From Podarcis gaigeae (lineage: Eukaryota): a DNA stretch of 64,000 nucleotides. A program made the translations under genes and the position numbers. This document shows, piece by piece, positions 25,952 to 38,680 of this stretch (positions within the stretch are counted from its first letter, which is position 1; each line of letters opens with the position of its first letter). The notes under the pieces were generated by a model. The model saw nothing but the letters and a program-made list of their open reading frames with translations. It did not search any database and had not been told where the DNA came from. Location of the stretch: assembly GCA_964106915.2 (NCBI GenBank), contig OZ066919.1; one strand, given 5' to 3'.

Positions 25952-27810
25952 GGTGCATCCAATGCTGCTGTTCTGCTTGAACAATGAAACTTTCCCCAAG
26001 CTGTATTTCCATACACTCAATATCTGCTCCAGAGTTGAGGGACCTTCTGGAGCAGATTTTGGGAGTTTGCAGGGGGAGGAGGAGAAGCTTTGTTGCAAAA
26101 GTGGAACATCACTTGTGCACCACTAGGTATGCCTGAAGAAGCTATTTCGTTTATAGCCATTTACTTCAGTAGTTCACTAAAATGGGTCATGATTAATAAA
26201 TTTTATTTTTTTTTAAAAAAAAATATTCATCCACTTTGACACCTCAGCATTCAAACTGTCTTAAGAGAAAAGCCATAACAGAATGAAAACAGCATCAGAT
26301 GCACAGTAATAAGTATATTTTCAAATTATTGTGTGGCAGAACTCCCATACTACCGAAGATTGTCTAAGCAAAAATATATTATAATTCACACTAGGAACTA
26401 CATATTCATTTATTTTCTTCTCTCTTTGTTATTAATAGCTGTACTACATATAAACTAGTAGTGCATTGGACATCATGGGTCATCGGTGGCAAGGTTTTTA
26501 ATATTTCAGGACAGATCAATACCAATGCAAATAAAATAATGTTGTGTCAGGTCTGATTTCTCAGGGAATTCAGTGAGGCCATGTCCGTTCTTGACAGCCA
26601 AACTCTGGCTCTGCAATTCAATACAGATAAAAGGCACTGGTATTATCACTGCTTTTTAATGGATCCACTTCAGAGAAAACTGGAAGTATTCCCCAAAGAA
26701 TACCAGTCTATGAGAATCAGATTTACAGGCCTGCCGTTTTAACATGGACATAAACTTGATTACTGAAAAACAAAATTAATCTCAATGTTTCTTTTGTTGT
26801 GCGTGTATTTGTGTAGAGTGGATAATTTATTTTGCAATTCACTGTTAGTTGTTTTAAGCCAAGTATATTTTCCTCCACACCCCAAGCTATGTGCTAATGA
26901 AAAAATACTGCCTGTACCAAAGTCAGAGAGCATAGCCATTGATTTCAGTGGAGCCAGAACTGCAGCCACAGAAACCCAATGGAACTCTCTAAAAGTGCAG
27001 GTTAAGAGAAGGGTTATTCTATATTGAATTATGTATATAAATCTTTTATATAACTGTGCTAAGCAAAGAATCATACAGACCATTTTCTTACTAGGTCTGG
27101 TCTAAGGGTATAACACTTACACACTGCTTTGAAAGCAATGAAAGCAGGGTTGTTGTTTTTTAAGAACTCCTAGTTCTTGCTGCTTTCCATGTTTACTCAG
27201 TAAAGTTCATGCAACCATCCTGTTCCTAAATCAAAAGGAGGGACTTCTATCTCCAATTCTTGCAACAGATTGTTACAGGTAAATTGCCTTATTTATTTAT
27301 TTTTCTTTTTTTTATTAACTTACCCACTAAATTTGTAAATCACATTTCAAGGCAGTTTACTATCAAAACAACAAAAGTATTCAAATAAAACACGCAACTG
27401 TAGCCACAAGATAAATTAGAAGTAAAAGGCATCAACAATGAACAATTTCTGGGGAAGAGATTGAGAGGTTTCTGGCCCTCATAGGCCAATCTAACCTCCA
27501 TATTGAAAACCAAAAGTTGTGGTGTAAATCCACCATGACAGGCAGAGCTGAGAGCTCCAATTCTACTTTTTGTTGAGTTTGTTTCATTGGCTACTGGTAC
27601 ATCACAAACATTGCTATTACTGCCATTGTTCCCCTGCTTCCTATTAATCAGTAATCCGAAATCCTGAGCTTGCACTACAAAACTTGCACTGCATTTACAA
27701 GAAAAGATCATGGGCCTAGATTCCATCTTTGTAAGACTTAACTTACTAGCCAGTATCTTTCCATAGGCAGAAAATTGTTCCTTCAAATTAAAGGGCCAAT
27801 ATTGTTTCTA

Positions 27811-27957
27811 CCCTACTCAGCCATGAAGCTCCCTGGGTGACCTTGGGCCATTTACAGCCTCACAGCCTAAGCTATCTCACAGGGTCGTTGTAGGTATTTA
27901 AATGGATAGGGTGGAAACAATTGATCCCCACCTTGTGCTCTTTGGAGAAAAGGAAAG
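27811..27957 (+). mobile_element. MIR/Ther1-related SINE, 3' part
   Basis: cagccatgaagctccctgggtgaccttgggcca...ctcacagggtcgttgt core; reverse-similar to 31155-31310. Confidence 0.75.
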
Positions 27958-28038
27958 ATAGCTCAGTTGGCTAGAGTGTGGTGGGTGTTGTACTAGATGA
28001 TCCTCAGGTTCCCTTCCAACATTTCTATGATTCTGTGA
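27958..28038 (+). mobile_element. Internally deleted tRNA-head/CR1-tail SINE (lacertid POM-SINE-like)
   Basis: tagctcagttggctagag A-box head joined to actagatgatcctcaggttcccttccaac...ctatgattctgtga CR1 tail. Confidence 0.7.
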
Positions 28039-28044
28039 AATGCA

Positions 28045-28092
28045 ATAAATAAATTTAATAAATAAATAAAATAAATAAATAAATAAATAAAT
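28045..28092 (+). repeat. (AAAT)n microsatellite
   Basis: Tandem aaat units; probable tail of the upstream MIR-like SINE. Confidence 0.9.
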
Positions 28093-28149
28093 ACAGAGCC
28101 CGCTGTGTATTTGAATTTGCTCTTCCTAATGAAGATTACTAAGTGCCTA

Positions 28150-28241
28150 TGGCTGCCATCCTGTGTACATTTACCAGCAAATAAGCCACATTGAACTCAG
28201 TGAGTCTTGCTTCCTAGTAGGCATGTATATGATTGCACTGC
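28150..28241. repeat. Short palindromic squamate repeat (gcaatcc...ggattgc family)
   Basis: ggctgccatcct...gattgcactg; related fragments near 11640-11710, 36068-36125, 50229-50265 and 55975-56055. Confidence 0.5.
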
Positions 28242-31154
28242 CAATTGCAGAATGCTGCTTGATGTCATGCCTTGATGTGATATTTAAGGAAATATTTAAG
28301 GAAAGCACTTGTCCTATTCCTGGTAGATTTGATGCTGACCTTCTGATAAATTTGGTTGAGCTCTGAAACTTGTACACAGAGTTGTACCTTCATGCATAAT
28401 CCCTTTTCTTTGTGCTATATGGAACATATGTTTTGTAAAGCTCCCTCCACCTACCCAGTTTTGCACATTTTCCTGTGATGATGTAATTTTCTTAGTGCAA
28501 TGTTTTTGTCCTTACATCTGTGGAATTCTCCAGTATAGCCATTTTGGCTTTGACTGTCCCAGTAACTCATATTTTGCTTTTTGCTGCTGATAGAACTTAG
28601 GCATCATCAGTTTCTGTTGTTCCTGTGATTAAATGCCTGACTAGTCATAAGAGTGATATAAACGTTATAAAAGTTTTATGCTTTCTCTGACCTTAATCTA
28701 TTGCTGCTGAAATACTTGTATACTCATTCAATGTTCCCTTGTAGAACAGCAAATATGGGATTTCTCTGGGAAGTTTTAGCCACAGTCAGTTGTTAGTTCT
28801 GGATAACATTCTGGCAGCTAATGTCCTCCAAAGCAGGAAGGGAAGGGTAGTCCTGTAATTCACACAGAAAACTCAGAGTATAACCTGAAGGGGTTAAATT
28901 CTAAAAGCCAGCCAGGGAACAGATACCCTGTTATTTGCTTAACAAGGTTTTTTGTGTGTGCATATTTCTTTCACAGAGTGTTCTGAGTTCATTTCAAATA
29001 ATTCTTTCAGCTGCTTCCTGGACTTCCTGTCATGCAAGTGGATAAAACAATATGACTTGCTAGGTGGGGGAAGAAACCTCAAATAAATTACATAGTAAAG
29101 CTATATATGCTATACTTTGGGCTCATGTCCTGGTCCAGTGTTGTGCTGATTCCAGCATTACTTCTGTAGACTTGAGAAGGTAGAAGACAGGTGGATGCCA
29201 TAGAATTCTAGGCTAAGTAGCAGCTGAACATCTTGCAGGAGTTAATACTGTAGTTAGGTCTGTCAGCAAAACCAGATATGTAAAGATTATGACTTAATCT
29301 AACCATAATGGTTGTAAAAAGAAATAGCATAGTATGTTTTTAAATTAGACATTTTCTTTGGAAAGAAAAAGTGGAGATATAGGTAAGTGCCTTGTGCACA
29401 TGTGAAGATTCTTCTAGACAAAGGATTTTTTTTCTAAAGTTGCTTTCTTTTCTTCCCAGCAATAGAACAAGCTTACTTTTCTGGAGTAAATTCAGCCTCT
29501 GGTTCTATTCTCAGGTTGTACATAGGCAGTAGATCTGCCCTTAGCAATCCAGGATGCTTAAAAGTACACAAATCTCCTTCTATTCAGATATTATCAGATA
29601 GGAGCTTTTTGGGTTAACGATACAAGACCACAAGAGGCAAATCAGATTTGACCTTACATGAACTATCGGTCTGTACTGTACGAACAGCAATATTACTGTA
29701 TGCGGTTTTGGTTTGGGAGGCGCTCACACACCAACAGCAACTTATATCTGTTCACATAATGGTTTATTCTGCCCTTTGTCCTCTGTACATCTGTGACTTT
29801 TCCAAGACAATTGGCAAAGTGTTGTTAAGAACAGATGTTAAGAAATTGTTCATCTGTTATCTGTAAACCCCACTAGTCAGTGCTTTCAGGAGTGTTTCAT
29901 CTAGGGGTTTGAACTATTTGCTGGGAACAGGGATACACATAATTTAAAACAATGAGCCTTGTTTGATTGATGAATAGTTAGCCTTTGATTACTAGTGAGC
30001 TTTAAAAATTGGATATGGCAAGGAGTCAGGCACATGGTCATTTATACAACATTCCTGAAAACAAATGCTATGTTTGTGGAAGGAGAGAACGATAAATAAG
30101 TGGTAGAGCTGTTGGGAAAAGAAGAACTCTACCTAGTTACTATTAGCCATAGAAAGACTTTAATATGTTTCTCCCAGTCATTGAAATCATGGTTATCCCT
30201 ACAATCTGAAAACAAAGCACAATGCTTAACGGATATGTAAAATTTTATTTTTGGCATACATCTTCATGGATGTTAAATGTGGATGGCAGCAGGTTACCAC
30301 AATTCACAGTATCTTTTAAAATAGGGTATTTCTTTCAACTTCTTTCCTGTTGAATATTTATTTGACTGTAATTTAAGTATGTGATAATTTTCACAGAACA
30401 TTTTCCTAGTCCTAATATCCCATTTCAGGTCATAGCTCTATTGGGCCTGGGGATGCAAATGCTCGCATGATCGATTGCCAGTCATTCACATCCAGCTTCA
30501 AGCAAAAGTTGAATTAAACATTTTTATCTTGTTCCTTAAGCATCTTAGCTAGTGCTCATTTATGGTTCTTTCCTATCCTGATCTCTTTAGTGTGTGTATG
30601 TTCTTTTCATTTGACTTTAAAATATCTGGCTGTTGATTTCATGTCCAGTTGCATAGCTCCTTTATTTTGGGAACAGCAGAAAACAAAAACAGAAACCCTT
30701 CTTTGTTCTCTACTTGCTATGCTGGAAGCTTCAATACCCACTTTCAGTACTGTCAGACTCAGAGTGGCTGACCTAATATTCTCTGCCTGCCAGTAGCCTC
30801 AAGGGACTGTTCTATCAGCCCAGGAATGCCAGGGCAGTGGGATCTTCCTGCTGGCCTAGATGCCTTGTGCTTTTTTGCCAGAGAGACAGTGGCTGAGTGC
30901 CACAGGGATTTCCCTTTTACTTGGAACTGCAAAGTAGGAAGCCGCAGCAAGTCATAATAGAACTGAAGCTCAACAGATAAGCAGCAGCTACTCTTACGGC
31001 AATGAAGACAGTTCAGATGAGGCACAGCCAATGGACTACTGGTGTACTTTTCTACTAGTAGAAACCTTGATCCTCACTGGATAAAACTAGTACCATTTCC
31101 TTAAAGAAATTCTAGTTACTTTGTCACTTACAAATTCAGTTCTCCTTCTTCCCC

Positions 31155-31310
31155 TAATCCTTTTAATTCCCTACAACAACCCTGTGAGGTAGGCTAGGCT
31201 AAGAGCCAGTGAGTGTCCCAAAGATACCCAGTAAGCTTCATGGCCAAGAGAGAATTCAGACCTTGGTTTCCCAGGTCCTGGTTGAACACTCTAACCACTA
31301 CACCACACGG
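31155..31310 (-). mobile_element. MIR/Ther1-related SINE
   Basis: acaacaaccctgtgaggtaggctaggct...cttcatggcc...actctaaccactacaccacac. Confidence 0.85.
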
Positions 31311-31612
31311 ACAAACATTGTATAAAGCCAGAAGCCAGCTAATAATTGACTACAGAGTATTATTGAGATCGTAGTTGTTATTATGCACAATCATTTCAAA
31401 GTTCTATCTGCCTGCACTTCACATATCTAAAAACTAAATTGCTAAACACCATACAAAAAATAAAACCATCATTTTTGTGGCAAAGTGTATCGTATTCAGG
31501 AAAGAGGAAAACAATAAAAGATGCAATTAATTTACTCCATGTTAAGGCTTCCCAGTGGGGCCCATTTACAGAATCTCTTAATACACACCATTTACAAACT
31601 TGAAATGGTTCT

Positions 31613-32432
31613 TGTCAGAGCTGCCCTAGGTCCCAGCTCACAAAGGACCGCCAGTTCTTGCTATATACATAAGTCTTTATTGAAGTTCAGTTTCGATTTC
31701 AAAGCTGCGGCGCGCAGCTCTACGTCTTGAACTCTAGACCGCTGAAGCTCCGTCTGAATCTCCTCCCCCCAGGCACCAGTTTAAGACTCTAGCCCTGCTC
31801 CACCTCTTCCTCTGCTCTTTCCTCCTCTGGGTCCGCCTGTCCGCTGGGGTCTTGCCCTTTCTGGACTCTTCTGACGCTGAGTCCCCTGAGTCTTCCCCCT
31901 GCCTCCGGCGGGCTTTAGGACCTGGTTCCCAATCCGGGTTTTCTGCTGTGCCGCGCGCCTGTACATTTGAACTTGGCGCCCGCGCCCAGCCGGCAACCTT
32001 CCTCCTGACCATTACACTGCTCCTGTCACTGCTTCCCCCTTCGGGGGGGCTAGCTGGGCCTGACCTCCCCTCCGTTCCCTCACTCTCCAACAGAGGCGTG
32101 GTCAGCCCTGACTCATCTTCTCTCCCTGCTGGAGGAGACGCTGGCCCTGATGCATGGGACTCTTCCCCCCCACTACGCTCCGGTGGGGGAGCTGGCCCTG
32201 ATCTCTCGCTGCTGCTTTGGGAGTCCCCGCTGGCCCCTTGCTTCTGGTGCGGCCCCCTGGGACCCCCCTTGCCCTGGCCATTGGCGCCCCCTTCTGGGAA
32301 TCTTCTGATTCGCTGGAGAAGCTCATGGAATCTCTCGGGCCACTGTCATACTCCCCTACGCTGCCCTCCGATTCTTCCCCTTCGCTCTCCATTTCCTCTC
32401 TCCCCTGTGCCTCTGCTCCTGAGCCCCTGACA
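31613..32432 (-). mobile_element. Solo LTR of an LTR retroelement (820 bp, young)
   Basis: Termini TGTCAG...CTGACA; perfect 5-bp TSD GTTCT (31608-12 and 32433-37); minus-strand AATAAA at 31681-31676; abruptly GC- and CpG-rich. Confidence 0.9.
31734..32392 (-). pseudogene. Putative LTR-encoded ORF with one frameshift; 219 aa if repaired; acidic Ser/Gly/Pro-rich with Arg-rich C-terminus
   Basis: Frame A (ATG 32392, MESEGEESEG...) overlaps frame B (open 32345 to TAG 31734); adding one base in the C-run at 32253-57 fuses them. Confidence 0.4.
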
Positions 32433-32526
32433 GTTCTGAACACACAATCTGGGTAAAGGCTATGTTTTCCTCTCACCTTTAATGTTAATGTGAACATAAT
32501 TGTAGGCCAACTTCCCAGAGCAAATA

Positions 32527-32757
32527 CAGTGGTACCTCAGGTTAAGAACTTAATTCGTTCTAGAGGTCTGTTCTTAACCTGAAACTGTTCTTAACCTGAG
32601 GTGCCACTTTAGCTAATGGGGCCTCCCCCTGCCGCTGTGTGATTTCTGTTCTCACCCTGAAGCAAAGTTCTTAACCCGAGGTACTATTTCTGGGTTAGTG
32701 GCGTCTGTAACCTGAAGCGTCTGTAACCAGAAGCATCTGTAACCCAAGGTACCACTG
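32527..32757 (-). mobile_element. Tc1/mariner MITE, family A
   Basis: TIRs cagtggtacct...aggtaccactg, TA flanks; reverse of the 13673 copy. Confidence 0.93.
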
Positions 32758-34853
32758 TAACAACTTAATGTGGAGTAGTTACTCAGGAAAAATGGCTATA
32801 TTCTGCATACTGCAACTGTCCCAGTCTTGGTCAGAGCTCTGGCAGCTATTATTTTTAAAGGAAAATGGCACATTCAGGACATACACACATTTAACATATT
32901 TAATCTGTGAGTACAGATGAAGCTGATGGTGATTATTCTAGGTGTGTGAATCCAGAAATATAGGCTATAATGTACAGGAGCTTGGAGTTGTTGTTGGAGC
33001 CAGGTTGACATATTCTGTAGGTGAGGCACTAGGGCATTGGGGGTAAAAATTAATTTTTGCAGATTTCTTCAGTGAGGAATTCAAATCCACTATTGCTTTT
33101 GTGATTAGACAGCATTTAGCTTGGTAAATCTACGTTTGATTGAAAAGCACATAAACTGCTCTCAGAAAACCAATTTTTTAAAAAAATTATCTTCTGAAAA
33201 TGCCAAGTAATGCTATTAAAAATTTAGTTTCTTTGTATAAAGCATATCCTACTAGGCATACAACATCACCTTGTAATCATAAAACATTAGAAAGTAATGA
33301 CATCAGTTAATAAGAAATTTAAACAACAAGTTTCATGAAGTCTTGCTTTGATTCATTCTTGGACATCAGCCACTAACTTGCTTCTTGGGTACTGGGGACA
33401 TGGTTTGGATATTATGCCACAAAAAATACAACACAAGCATATGCTATTGAGTTTTGTGTGTACAGGCAACTTTTAAATTTAGTAGTGGAAGAAAACTAAA
33501 CATTTTCCCACTTTGCATTTCCGCAGCTGAATTAACTATGTGTTCCTTAGCATTCTTGCTATGGCTAACATTCTTTGCACATTAACATGGGAGTAAGCCT
33601 CATTTGTCACAGTGTGACTTGCCACTTTAGAGTCTGTATAGAGTTGTGTGTCCATGTGTCCCAAGAACCAAAGTGAATTAACCTATTCAAACACTGTACC
33701 ATTAGTTTCTGAGCCCTATTTCACCTGCTACCCCACTTAAAAAAATAAATAGTTCCTTTTGCCTCAGATGTACAACCAGAACTGCATGAAAATATCTTTG
33801 TACAGTGCTCATGCATAGTATACTGTATATTTAATATATCATTTTAACATTATTGATTTAGGTTATGGAGAGTCATCTTGTCTCCCTCACACACACAACA
33901 TTTAGTGATTTAGCATCTGTTGAGCATAAGAAATAATTAATTACAGACAGGCAATATTTGTTGCCTTATAGCTTCCACGATGGGCAGAATATTAAGTGCA
34001 GAAATGTATTTGCTATTTTGTATGTGGGGCTTCTTGTCACAAAATATCTTGGGTATTTTGACAAATATGGCAACTTCAAAAACTGTTTTCTTACTAAAAT
34101 CTAATGGCATTACAAAATTACTGATTTACTCTCTGAAAACAATAACAACCCTCAACATTTTAAGCAGCAGTGTTGTCAGCTTGCCAATTAAGGTCTAGGA
34201 AGAGTCTTCTTTGAGAGGCACTGCCAAACAAATACAGATTGTATGAGTTGGTTTGTCAAGAAGTACATACTTTAATTAGTATGGGATATATTTTGATTTT
34301 TCAAGGCCTTTCCTTTTCTGACCTATTCTATTCTTAAGATTATAATTAGAAAATGGTGTTTTATACTGGTCATCCATCCATTATGTAAGTCATTGGAATT
34401 TGGATTGCAAAACTATACATAGCTGAATTTGATTACCAAATGGTTATGGGTGTTTGATAGTATTAACTGTATTACAATGTGTATTTATGATTTCACATAC
34501 TTTCACTTCTCATTCCAGTAGTGACCTTTGGGCCAAATTTTGATATAACAACACAGATCCTTGGTTTGAGAATGAACTCTGCTTTATGCATTAAGGAGGT
34601 AGGAAGAGAAGCAGGGAACTGAACGCCCAAGCTTTGCACCTGTTTCTGTTCATAACAACCTTTGTACCAGCCTTTGCTATAGTATATAGAATATTTGGGG
34701 CTCACTGCTAGTCTTCTTTTGTTTGCATAGAATGATTATCAAATATGTGCTTTTTTGCTAGCTGCTAATTATGTGGTAATGTTCCCAAAGACAGATTTTC
34801 CCAGCTGTAACGGAGCTTGGGGATAGGTGGATCATGGGTGGATCATAGTTTAC

Positions 34854-35079
34854 CATGGGTAGGCAAACTAAGGCCCGGGGGCTGAATGCGGCCCAATTGC
34901 CTTCTAAATCCGGCCCGTGGACAGTCCGAGAATCTGCGTGTTTTTACATGAGTAGAATGTGTCCTTTTATTTAAAATGCCTCTCTGGGTTATTTATGGGG
35001 CATAGGAATTTGTTCATCCCCCCCCCCCAATCTACTCCGACCCCCCACAAGGTCTGCTGAAAAAGTTTGCTGGTCCTTG
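34854..35079. mobile_element. hAT (Charlie-like) MITE
   Basis: Ends catgggtaggcaaact / agtttgctggtccttg; repeated ggccc subterminal motifs; TSD not evident. Confidence 0.8.
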
Positions 35080-35290
35080 ATCTAGACATTGCAGATATTG
35101 TCTTCAACTGCAGTTCTCCAATTAAAGGGGGGTGCATTCCAGTATAAGGTTTATGATGGCTTCAAAGGCAGAGGCAAATCTTCTACCAAAGGAAAATATT
35201 GGTGTTACTTATATCAGTTGGAACTGGTTATATCTTTGTTTATATTTCCTTGAAAAAGTAGTGCATACTAGAAATTATTATTATTATTAG

Positions 35291-35453
35291 CCTGAGGTAC
35301 CACTTTAGCTAATGGGGCCTCCTGCTGCCGCCGTGTGATTTCTGTTCTCATCCTGAGGTAAAGTTCTTAACCCAAGGTACTACTTCCAGGTTAGTGGAGT
35401 CTGTAACCCGAAGTGTTTGTAACCCGAGGTGTTTGTAACCCAAGGTACCACTG
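35291..35453 (-). mobile_element. Tc1/mariner MITE, family A, one end missing
   Basis: Matches roughly 32595-32757; ends ggtaccactg+TA. Confidence 0.9.
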
Positions 35454-35864
35454 TACAACACTGAAGTCACCATAGCTGCCTTTATCTCTCCCTGTGCCCC
35501 TTTCCCCTGCTGGCTCATTCATTTGTTACTTTGGTTTAGCAACTTCAGGCTTTCATGTGAAAATGAGGGTCTTGGACCAAAGTAAAAATATCTGTGGTTT
35601 TTTCAACTTGGCTATCTTATGTTAGTTCAAATTCCCAAGACTGTAAAACTAAGGTGACTGTCATGAATTAATTTGCAATCCAATTGTACTGTTTGGTCAG
35701 CTCTAGAAGAAGATATTTAAAATGTTTCTAGGCTGCTTTACTTTACAATTGCACATTAAAATAGGAAACCACAGTAATGCCTTGCATTTATAAAATGTAG
35801 CAAAGCATCTAAAAGCTCCTATTTATGGAACAACACACAGAATTATTTTTTTTAAAGCCCAGAT

Positions 35865-36025
35865 ATTCTAGGCAGGCAGTAATGGTTCTGAACCAATGTA
35901 TAAACTCAGTAAAGAACTGGTTGTGGCTTAACAAATGGAAGCTTCCTTCAGACAAGGCAGAAGTGCTCTTGCCAGGGGTCCAATCTGTTTTGAATGAGGC
36001 TGCATTTTCTTTGAATAATAGGGTT
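35865..36025 (+). mobile_element. L2 LINE reverse-transcriptase fragment
   Basis: AVMVLNQCINSVKNWLWLNKWKLPSDKAEVLL resembles L2 LNRCLEAV..WM..NKLKLNPDKTEVL. Confidence 0.8.
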
Positions 36026-36458
36026 GCTTCTATAGAAAGAAGATGTTGCTGAAGTGATATATGCCTTACAGTGCAATCCTAAGCATGTCTCTTCAAAAGT
36101 AAATTTCATTGAGTTCACTGGGTTCATTCTAAGGGACAGAGCAATACAACCACCACCACCCCTTGTGCCATGATAGAGTTGGGGTTGGATTGAAATTGTG
36201 GCTAGACAAAAGTGCTTGGCATTTTTGTGTGGAATTTGTTTGTTTGTATGTTTGTTTAATTTGGTATATGCCCCATAAAGCAAGCTCCCAAGGCAATTTA
36301 TTTCTGAGGGCTGTTCCACTCTGTAACTGACTATTGGTCTCCAGTATAATTCTCGATAGTTTTACATGCACCAGTAAATTTTGACAAAACAATGCGGCTT
36401 CTTTACATGAATTATTACATGACATCTCTCATGAAATGCTACTGTTTGCTATGTATTT

Positions 36459-36822
36459 GGACCGCCTCTCCCCATATGAACCAACCCAGGCTTTCAATTA
36501 ACACCTGAGGCCCTTCTTTGTGTGCCTCCTCCATGAAAGGTCTGAAGGTGGCAACAGAACAAGCCTTTTTTGTGGAATGCTCTCCCTGGGGAGGCTCACC
36601 TGCCCCCTTCATTACATATCTAAAGGTACCAGGCAAAAACATTCCTCTTCTTCTTGGCCTTTGGCTAATTAAACAATCCATGGATTTTTAAACTGGGGAA
36701 GCAGATTATTGTTTGTTATAATGTTATGTATTCTGGGGGTTTTATATTGAAAACTGCCCTATGATTTTTGGATGAAGGGTGGTATAGAAATTGTAATAAT
36801 AATTTTAATAAATAATAATAAT
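36459..36822 (+). mobile_element. L2 LINE 3' end
   Basis: ggaccgcctctccccatatgaacc...tgtggaatgctctccc...gaagggtggtatagaaat followed by an (aat)n tail. Confidence 0.75.
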
Positions 36823-36975
36823 ATACCAAAGTGACTTTCTGCTAGTCTCAAATGCAAGCAGAATCCAAAATTGTTCTGATGATACCTAGTGCTGAGTTAA
36901 CTTGGTTAGGTAGAAGTGTGGGAAGCTTTAAGGTTTCACAGATTTTAATACTCCCTTTAGTTCAGGCAAGAAGTA

Positions 36976-37250
36976 CAGTTGTACCTCTAGTTGCGGACAT
37001 GATCCATTCCGGGGTGCCGTTTGCACCCTGAAAAGTCTGCAACTAGAGCGGTGCTTCTGCACAAGCACGGAGCGCGTTAGAGTGCTTCTGCGCATGTGCA
37101 AAGTGCGCTAAACGCTTCTGTACATGCGCAAAGTGTGCAGAATGCTTCTGCGTGCATGCTGCAAAACCCAGAAGTATACACTTCCGGGTTTGCTGCGTCT
37201 GCAACCCGAAAATCCGCAAAATGAAGTGAATACAACAAGAGGTATGACTA
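36976..37250. mobile_element. Tc1/mariner (Tigger-like) MITE, family B
   Basis: TA+cagttgtacctctagttg ... caacaagaggtatgacta+TA; internal gcttctgcgcatg-like repeats. Confidence 0.85.
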
Positions 37251-38680
37251 TATGCAGATACACCTAAGTAACCCTACATCTAGTCATAGAATCATAATAT
37301 TAGTTTATGATTTTTCTAAGATCTTTGTAGTTTTCTTGGTTATCCAGAATGAATATAAGTGTGCATTTCTCAGAGTGCATACTAAATGGCAACCAGCTTT
37401 TACATCATGGTGTATTTAAGCTCGACAGCAACACCGACTTTACTAGATGATTAACCAATTTATTGCGGCAGTGTGGTATTTATACCACCGATTAAGTGAA
37501 GTCTGCCAGTACAGTTAAAAGAAATTAGAGACACCATCATTGCTAAATCACTTTACCATTCAAAGACAAACCATAAACATATGCATTCATTTAATTATAA
37601 TGGTGCAAATTATAAAGAGAAAATGTAATGCTGAGAGCAGTGGGTTTTATGTCATCATAATAATGGCATGTATTTATCTTGGTTTGGCAAGTTAGTCCTT
37701 TGTTTAATAGTTGGCTTTGCCTAAATAGAATGTGGTTTGCTAAAACCCACAATAACCCCTGCCCCCTCCCCTGTGTTGTTGCACAAATGCTGAGCAATAA
37801 TCATGTGGTATAAATGATTAATGTAGGCATGGGTTAGCAAGTATCATTGAGGTTTAAAGAGTGTTTTCTCTTTTTTTCATTTTTTCATTGGCCAAGGGAC
37901 ATGCCGTGATTAAATGGTGACCTTTAGATAGCATAAGGAAGTTGCTTCCCGTTCCGTAAAGTACACTTGCACGTATGGCTTGATTCTAATCTCCTGAAAT
38001 TATGCACCTTCACTCCCCCTTTCTTCATTTGTCTGTCCTGAAAACATGCTGATGTTGTTTGAATTATTATTTAAGTGCATCAACAGTTAGGTCACAATCT
38101 ATCATGAAGTCGTCCTGAGCAAGACATTAAAATAAATAGGTGCTGCACAAGAACCCGTTTGGGGCTTGGGTATAAATATCCCAGCACAAAGTACAGGTAT
38201 ATCACTTAACAAGTGGAAACGTGTATAAATAGCTGCTTTCCAGTTTAGAATAAATGGGACAACCTAATAAGAATAAACAAAACCATAATTAATGCATGTG
38301 TGTGTTCTGTACAAATGACACAAGAAGCATATATTTTGTAACTGGGTATCTGTGATTTCAGCAAGGATGAGCAGATCAAAGTGGGGATTCATAGGACTGG
38401 GCTATTAACAGCAGAGACTGCATTTTTCACTGTCTCACTGGTAGCTGAGAGGTGACAAGGAATAGGCATTCTCAGTATTGGGCTATAGATTATTGGTCTC
38501 AATTTCTGTTTGGTTATTCCCCACTTTGACCACTTACTAGCACCATCAAAACTTTCTTTATTCTGCCAGGCCTTTGTGGTGTAAGAATTTTTCCACTTAC
38601 ATTCCTTCTATTTCCTTTAGATTCTATTTTATTATCACTATTTGTATGTTTTTATTGGCATATTAAGTGGGTTGTTGATA

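Noticed and set aside
27340-27786. 148-aa minus-strand ORF starting LKEQFSAYGKILASK, superficially like RRM helix 1
   Set aside because: No RNP1/RNP2 motifs, an in-frame stop a few codons upstream, and the rest looks random; treated as chance
31852-32430. 192-aa plus-strand ORF in the LTR
   Set aside because: Antisense to the LTR's poly(A) signal, non-ATG start, and explained as the shadow of a GC-rich stop-poor region
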